A stretch of DNA of 56,902 bases, filler included, from Catajapyx aquilonaris (Eukaryota): the NCBI GenBank assembly GCA_000934665.2. It is 4 parts of 4 records of this genome, joined end to end, with 100 filler letters (N's around TTAATTAATTAA, not from the genome) between each part and the next. Parts side by side here need not be neighbours in the genome. Positions count along the whole stretch, not along the records: positions 42,720 to 56,902 come from JYFJ02007871.1; 3 more parts are not named here. The stretch is one strand, 5' to 3'. The first letter of the stretch is position 1. Each line of letters begins with the position of its first letter. Below the pieces are notes generated by a model that saw only the letters and a list, made by a program, of their open reading frames with translations, was not told the DNA's origin and searched no databases. Both the position numbers and the translations under genes were made by a program. Shown here in pieces: positions 49,749-56,902 of the stretch.

Positions 49749-52709
49749 CTGTGTGCCTGTAACCTTCACAAAGTCAATTATACTGCAAGGGTAATAATAG
49801 GTTCTTTTTTAAAAAAATGGAGGTCATTTTCTAGGTTCTCATAATTTAGGTGGGATACTGATCAACATTCATGGAAGTAATACTGCGCAATATTTTATCG
49901 CCTGGGTGCTGTTAATACAATAGCAGGGAGTTTAAACTGATCAAATATGTCGAGTTGTCAGTTTGGAAAGAATTGATTGATGGTAATACAGTATTGCGCC
50001 ACGTGCATATTGCGTGCTTTTTCTCCGTACAATACAAAGAATTCTCCTAAAAATGCTGTCCGTTTCCGAGTTAGACAGGTTCACTATATCGGACAAAAAT
50101 ACATGTGAAATTATATCTTTCTAGCGGGAGCGCAAATATTTCTTTATATAAATAGACTTTTGCATTTTCCGCTTAAAAATTTAACTGGTAAGAATACAAC
50201 AAGAACATTATGATGTGCAGTGAAAGAATACTGAACTTTAAAAAGCTAATCGTGGTTATTTGCTTTCATTATAAGTGTCACCTTCAAAATCATCTGCAGT
50301 ACCGTAACACAATGAATTCATTCAGCTCTATAAAAACTGAGAACCTTATCGCCCTTTTTTAGTTCAGTAAACGTATTACTTCCCTGAAACCATGGTACCA
50401 TCCGATGACTGCTGAGCTGGAAGCGATGATAATTTACCGATTGAATAATTTACGTACAAACAAGTACATATAGTGGCCCCACCGCAAAAGGAACGTTTTT
50501 CGACGCATTTTAACTGCGCATGTTAAAGAGTCTCTCTCGCATTTTGGAGCACTGACCGTGACCTGCGAGTTACTGACATAATTATGAAAACGTGCCGATT
50601 ACTATGCTATGAGACTTGAAATTGTCACTTCTATGTACAGAGTGAGTCAAAACTTCCTCCTACTGTCCATTATACATTGCTATTTGAGCTCTCCCTTTCA
50701 TAATCCCTAATTGATTGGTGATGATTACTCAATAGTATACGGCGGCGCCTGGTCCCAATGAACCAACCACCAAGAGGGCCAGGGAGACTATTAAGGAGTG
50801 TCGATAAGAAATGCATCTCTGCCCATAAAACATACATAAACCAAATGGATTCAGGTGATTTCCGTGCAACTCCTACATTATAGGATTGCACCCTATAGCA
50901 TGACAGTACGAGCAAATGAACTTAGGTCACTTAGCACTACAATGTTAGGAAAAACCAACAGTATTTGTGCAGATATGGGTAATGACTAATGATTAACAAA
51001 AGCATGAATAATCCGCAATAATAACTAGCTTGAATCAACTACACAAGCTGCATAATTTCTTATATAGATGCAGCCTGTTTACGAAAAAATGAATTGATAG
51101 CACTTTTATCAAAAAGACGAGTATGTCTACTGATTCTTTTGCATATCGACCTATACAGTGGTTGCCTAGGGAACAGGATCTGAGAGTGATGATCACTACT
51201 CTGAAAGAGCAAAATACTGTCAGTAATGATTATCACGCTCATATCCTGTAGCCTAGGCAACCACTGTAAGACGAGCGAGTCCATTTGCCAAGCATGTGTC
51301 TAAGGACAGGTCAATGTGTCTGGAAGTCGATCTCCAGGTTGTCTCTCACATTTCTCACCCCTACATTTTCGAATTGCTTTGGGACGATGCGTACGCTCAC
51401 TGCCGTTGGACTAGTAAAAACTAAAAAGCACTCTGTATGTCTATAGCGCTCTTTCCGCCCACACTAATGTCACTTTTAGGTAGAGAGAAGTTGAAATCTA
51501 ATCCTCCCTGTTGAGTTGTTATTGAAAGGCCATAGAATCACGTAAAAGCTCATATTGTTCCATTTCACATGAAACCCATAATGGAGCCTAAACGTCGCAA
51601 ATCTTAAAAGCCGTCAGTGACAGTATTGTCCAGGTATAGGATGTGATAGGAGACGATCCATTAGTGCCATTAGTGTAGAAGAATGACCGGATATAATATT
51701 TCCATGGGCTATAGCCCTACTGCGCCTGATACATAGTAGTTCCTATCAAAAGTGCTAGACAAGTTCTCAACATGTTCTAGCCTGACTTCCTCTGAAACAA
51801 CCCGTGGTACATGACTGCTGAAATAGATTTCGTGAAACAAGCAGTGGCTCGCGTGCTAGTAAATTGCAACCTGGCTTGCTAGGGTGAAAAGTCATTAGGT
51901 TGGGCAAGTTAGCATAGGAACGTGATGATTTGAGTAGCGGCTCTTGTTACGGGCCATTTTCTAGACTTTTATGAATCCCAATTTTCGGTCAAGCGCATTA
52001 GGGACACGGTGCTTCCATATTTTTTATCCGTGTCAGGACTCACGCAAATCACCTGCACACGTCAAGTTTTAGATCTTTTTGCCTCTTCATGCCCATCTCC
52101 AGTGCACACTCATTTGCTCATACATTCACACGACAACGTATCAGCTCATTTAGGCGATTGCACGCGAGATGTCCACATAGATTTTGACGAGATTCCGCTT
52201 GGTAGCGGACAATATTTGATGACGTGAGGCGATTTCACTCTTGCTGCCGAGAATTTCAGTTATGAACATGGTGTGAAAAGCTCAAAAATGGCGTTTCTTT
52301 TTCATCTCTTTCCAAAAGCCTTCACATAATCCCGCTCTGACGGTTTCTTGGGAATGGAAGTTCAAATACGTTTCTATCTGGTATGTAACAAGGAATCGGG
52401 CATACTTCAGATATGTCAATACAGCGGATACCACACTATTAGCGTAAGCCGTAAAGGAACATGTATATGGATTTGTGAGAATATTAAAGTAACCTACCGT
52501 GTGGAAAGTGAAACAGATCAGAGTATAAGAAAATAGTTATACTCCATGTTATTATTATTAAAGGGAACTAATAGCAAGTTGTAGTCAGCCTACGAGAATA
52601 TTATAACAAACTAGACGTTGACTATTGATTTGCCAGAACCTCCTATAAGTAGAATAGGAAATTTTTGGGTTATGTTCATTAGAACACATAAACTACACAC
52701 TGTGGATAT

Positions 52710-52849
52710 GTACTATGGGGCTGAAATTGATTTGGCCACTTTATCCTGGTCTTGAAGCAACCCTTTACACGCACACACCGTGGGACCTGTGCGAAGGGTT
52801 GCTTCAAGACCAAGATAAAGTGGCCAGAACAATTTGAGCCCCATAGTAC
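52710..52849. mobile_element. Palindromic MITE
   Basis: GTACTATGGGGCT...TGGCCACTTTATCCTGGTCTTGAAGCAACCCTT mirrors AAGGGTTGCTTCAAGACCAAGATAAAGTGGCCA...AGCCCCATAGTAC. Confidence 0.75.
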
Positions 52850-53203
52850 AGTACGCGATTTTGAACCCCCTTCTTTGGCTTTGGCACAGACCTCACGAAA
52901 AGGTGTGTTTCGGATACTTAAAGATACTGTAGTTCTTTATTAGGTTCAAGCTTGGACGTCCATTTCGCGCAACAATCTCACATCTATCTCATTGTAAGTC
53001 TATAAGGTACAAAATTACTACCATTTGTCTCGGAATGCACTCGAAGCATTCCAGGCCAAAGCTAGTGATAGAGGCAATACAATCCCTTTGATCTACACCA
53101 CTCACATACCATTCTAGAGTCCTTGCAAAGCCAAATACTCTGCAAGGAGTAACCATTCTAAACACAACATATATTTTGGTGAAAAAATAAGAGTTCAACT
53201 CAC

Positions 53204-53351
53204 CTGAATCTGTTGGAAAAAAAGTAATATCACGAACTACGGAACTTGAATATACCGCCACGGAGGGTTCTGGAAGTCGTCGGTGGTATGCTGCTGGTAG
53301 TACTGATAGGTAGGATGTGGGATGCCAAGCTGTCTCTCTGTCTCTCTTATA
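53204..53351 (-). promoter_or_regulatory. Candidate core promoter and non-coding first exon of the RFLamide gene
   Basis: Minus-strand TATAAG (53351-53346), TCAGT initiator-like motif (53306-53302) and strong donor CAG|GTGAGT (53204/53203) in a GC-richer island. The signal-peptide exon has an otherwise unpaired acceptor at 49042. Confidence 0.45.
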
Positions 53352-55526
53352 GTACCCGCTCTCGTATCCGCCCCCACACACCTCCGCCCTTCCAACCCTC
53401 ATTGGATAGGCGGGCAGACGCAGTTCGGGTCCTTCACTCGGAGGCACCTCTGGATGCGTGAGGACAAAACGCACAGGTTTTTCTGGAAATGTCCAGGCTT
53501 TGTTCTATAAGTGTCCGTTGTTTTTGGACAATAGGTGGTGAGACAGATTCAAGATAGCAAACATCTAAGCACTTTGTAACACAATTTGATACAGTGTTGT
53601 TACGAGCATGAAGGAAAATACCACCTGGTATTATTAAACCCCTTGTTTATGGCAGTTGAATAATAATCAAGTGCACTTATGAAAACGATCTGCGATAAGT
53701 GGTTTTTGTACAAAATTCCAGGCCAGTGTTGTTTCCGGTGTGTGGTTATGTGTCAATTTCGCGAGTCATTGTCATTTGGTTTGTGCAGTAGGCATTCCAC
53801 CAGCGTAATCATAACAAATGTGCACCCCCTGCCATAACAAGCTCAAATTAGAGTGTCATAGGCGTCAAATATGTGAAGTCAGTTATTGGGAGAGGCCAGA
53901 TGCTTTCAGCTTTTCACATTTATCCGCTCAAATATTACACAGAGTTGTGACCTATAGATTGTTGAATATATATGTTTCCAGAATATTGAGGAAATAAATA
54001 AAATTCGAGAGCTATAACTTTATTACAGTTCTCTACACGTCAAAAGTACAGCAATGTCAAAGTGCTTTCTCGTAATGTATTACAATATTTCACAAAGAAC
54101 ACCGACACATTATATCACCAATTGATTACATAAACAGGTAATTCCGGATACTGATACTTACAAACTGCTCCCGACTGACCTTAACGATTTTTCCTCTTCG
54201 CTCTTTCAACTACTGTACCCAGATGATCAGACTTTGCTTCTTCATAGTCACCCTGTTCCTTTTCTCCGGCGCCTCATTCTCATGTACAAGTCCGATCCCC
54301 AAGGACTCATTTCTTGTTGTTAGTCGTCACCTGGGGGAGCCCAATGCACTCAACTCCCATCTAAAATACGTGCTCCACACTCTGAAACAATCGATTTTTT
54401 TGGGGTCCCATCAAGAGACCAGCTAATAACACCATGAAAGAAAGTGGCCACTTGAGAAAAGTGCTTGTCCAGTGTAGGTGAATTTCCTAATTAACGTGAA
54501 AATCACGGGTTCAAATAGGATGAAATAATTTTGTGAGATTCAGAAGTATTGACGAATGTTCTCTAATTTATGGAATAGGACTTCTGGGACACCAGTTGGT
54601 CATTTTATGTAGAAGTGTCAATTATTATTAAACACCTTGTATTTGTAGACCTATCAAATATATGGAAAATGCGACATTCTGCTGACAAAGTCTGCGACAG
54701 AAAAGTACGTTATGTCGCGTGACCCGAAACCGACCAATAGCAAACAGATCTGACTTGTATCACATAGCCAAAGTTACAGTAGATCAATCGTGCATTAGTT
54801 TATCATTTCAGGCGGCTGAAAGACGTCAATATCTGGCCGATGCATAAAACTCTGTCAGTTTCAACATCCTTTTGACAATTTGTGAGCACCATTCAGGGTA
54901 ATCAGTGCTTATTATAATTATATAATTATATACTCTCATTCGATTTTAGAAACACTTCAGCACCTTACACAAGAGAAAATCAATAAGTAACGAGCTCTAT
55001 TTTTTCGTCACTTCCTTTAAATGGATATACTCGAAGTAGAATAGTGGAATTCAAGCCCTTATTTGCCTATCTTTCAGAATAATATTCATCTGTCGCATAA
55101 TTTTTAAATGTCACACAAGGTGATTCTAATTTCACTACCTCTTCCAATGAGTTCACAAAAAGACGGGTGGTCACAGGGAACAAGTTCTGGAGAGTGGCTT
55201 CCTATAGTAATATAGTGGGTGTTGGGTGTGGGCAGTGTGGAGGTGACTCTGAATTCATAAGCTGCCTTCCAGGAAGCGTTGCAAAAACTTTTTAGAGAAA
55301 ATCCTTTAGCAAAATCACTAATTTGCTTTTCAGAAAGTAATGCGATTTGATCATGTTGCAAAAGTAGTTTACAGTTATGGACCTATTTGGTGTTAAGGAA
55401 CAACTTATGCAATATTTAATGGCGAATTTCTGAAGGCTATAGATACAGTAAATGCCATGACCCAAATAGTTTCGTAGTAAACGAATTAGTTTTTTATTAA
55501 CCAATAAGACAGTCCCATTTACCTTA

Positions 55527-56110
55527 TTAACATTGTTGATGGGTGACAACAGAAGCCTGGAACCATAAGTGTTTGTCGCTGAATTCCTCCTCCATCTGAA
55601 ACTGCTTCATTCGGAAAGCTTCCAGGGTGATTGCGTAAGCCTCCTTCTGTTCCTTAATCATCTTGGTCATCTCTCTTTCATTATCCAGATCCTTCTGGAA
55701 TCTGCGTTGGGCCTTTTGCAAGTCGGCTGGGGTGTGTTCCCCCTTCACTTTGTCACTCAGAAGATAATCTGTCAGCCTGAGAGGAGTTACGGCCTACAAT
55801 GTGCCAGATGTAATAGTCATATTCGGAAATTCAGTCATGTCAGGTGCAGTGTAGTCAATTTTTGTTATGTCGTAAGAAGTCATGCAATAAGTTGGTTACT
55901 AAATCACAGCAAATAGAGAAATTCGTATACACTTTTTTTGAAAAATAGTTGTGCATGTGTAGCCTACTGTACCTTTTGACTAGCCTTGATGTACTCGACG
56001 AATTTGTTAGCCCGATAGACTGGATGCTGCTTGATGTAAGCCTCCCATTCCGGAAGTAGCCTTATCTCCCCATGCAGCATCATAAACTCCTCTCGACGGC
56101 GCTCCTTTAT
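55527..56110 (-). CDS. Candidate exons of an unidentified gene or pseudogene (about 56110-55970 and 55776-55527)
   Basis: Acceptor-flanked open frames IKERRREEFMMLHGEIRLLPEWEAYIKQHPVYRANKFVEYIKASQK and LTDYLLSDKVKGEHTPADLQKAQRRFQKDLDNEREMTKMIKEQKEAY. Joining them in frame needs a weaker donor. Confidence 0.35.
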
Positions 56111-56451
56111 CTAAATAAGCAGAGCCTGAATGGGCACATTCACCTCCATACTTTATAACGTAATCATCCTGATTCAATTCAATAATCAGTTCAGCTCTCG
56201 GATACGTCCAACAGTAAAGGCACGTCTAGATCTATTAGGATGCAGTAACATCATATTTGCAGTATAAACAGGTTGAAGACCTGCTTTGGTCACCGGCAAC
56301 CTTCATTCAATGTGGCAGTATGCACAATAATGATGGTGTGTCATACTCAATAAAATTAAGGCAACAAGAGTGAGCTTCTGCTTTTGCATTTTTGATCATC
56401 ATGCTTAAGAGAGGCACATGATGGTCACGATTGAGGTCTAGCACTACCCGG

Positions 56452-56452
<1 letters not shown>

Positions 56453-56545
<93 letters not shown>
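56453..56545. repeat. (TTA)n microsatellite, probably a retroposon tail
   Basis: Preceded by GCACTACCC, the motif that precedes the TTA tails of SINE family A. Confidence 0.85.
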
Positions 56546-56546
<1 letters not shown>

Positions 56547-56902
56547 CTTAATCTATAAATGAGGAGAGTTTGTTTGTTTGTCCCTTATAGAAATCCAGGG
56601 GAAAGCCCCTACACCGCCTTAAATTAGCATATCGGGAGTTACATTTTTCAAGGAATTTAATGCCGCATGTTTCAGCTTCCGAAAATGAACCTAACTCCCA
56701 CAACACGCATATTCCCGAATCTTCTCACTTCTCAGGCCTTAACAATTAACTTACATAAACATCAAATATAACAATAAGTTATATCGATTCACATTCCCAT
56801 GGAAGTGCCCTTCTGCAATAATACCGCCTAGAAAATTAAAGCATTGCCGTAAATTCAACGCATCCACCAATTACGCTAATTGGCCACCTCACGTGAGTTC
56901 GT
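56546..56902 (+). mobile_element. Non-autonomous Helitron, 5' part (runs off the window)
   Basis: Same GTTTGTCCCTTATAGAAATCCAGGGGAA...CACCGCCTTAAATTAGC body as the copies at 15340 and 17156. Confidence 0.88.

Overview
Eukaryotic, arthropod-like genomic DNA with spliceosomal introns and heavy transposon load. The window is four separate ~14.1 kb contigs joined by identical artificial 100-nt linkers (N44-TTAATTAATTAA-N44), so adjacency across linkers has no biological meaning. Contig 1 (1-14141) holds a complete riboflavin kinase gene (minus) head-to-head with a complete LACTB-like gene (plus). Contig 2 (14242-28382) holds the first five coding exons of kanadaptin/SLC4A1AP. Contig 3 (28483-42619) holds an inverted pair of copies of an unrecognised small ORF, a decayed Sola-type transposase, an unidentified decayed coding-like stretch and the 5' end of a mariner. 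Contig 4 (42720-56902) holds a reconstructable RFLamide neuropeptide precursor gene with a GC-AG intron and some unassigned exon-like segments. Many MITEs/foldback elements (Tc1/mariner, pogo, piggyBac, Kolobok, Harbinger, P-like), non-autonomous Helitrons and two tRNA-derived SINE families occur throughout. All family assignments come from motif recognition by eye; no searches were run.
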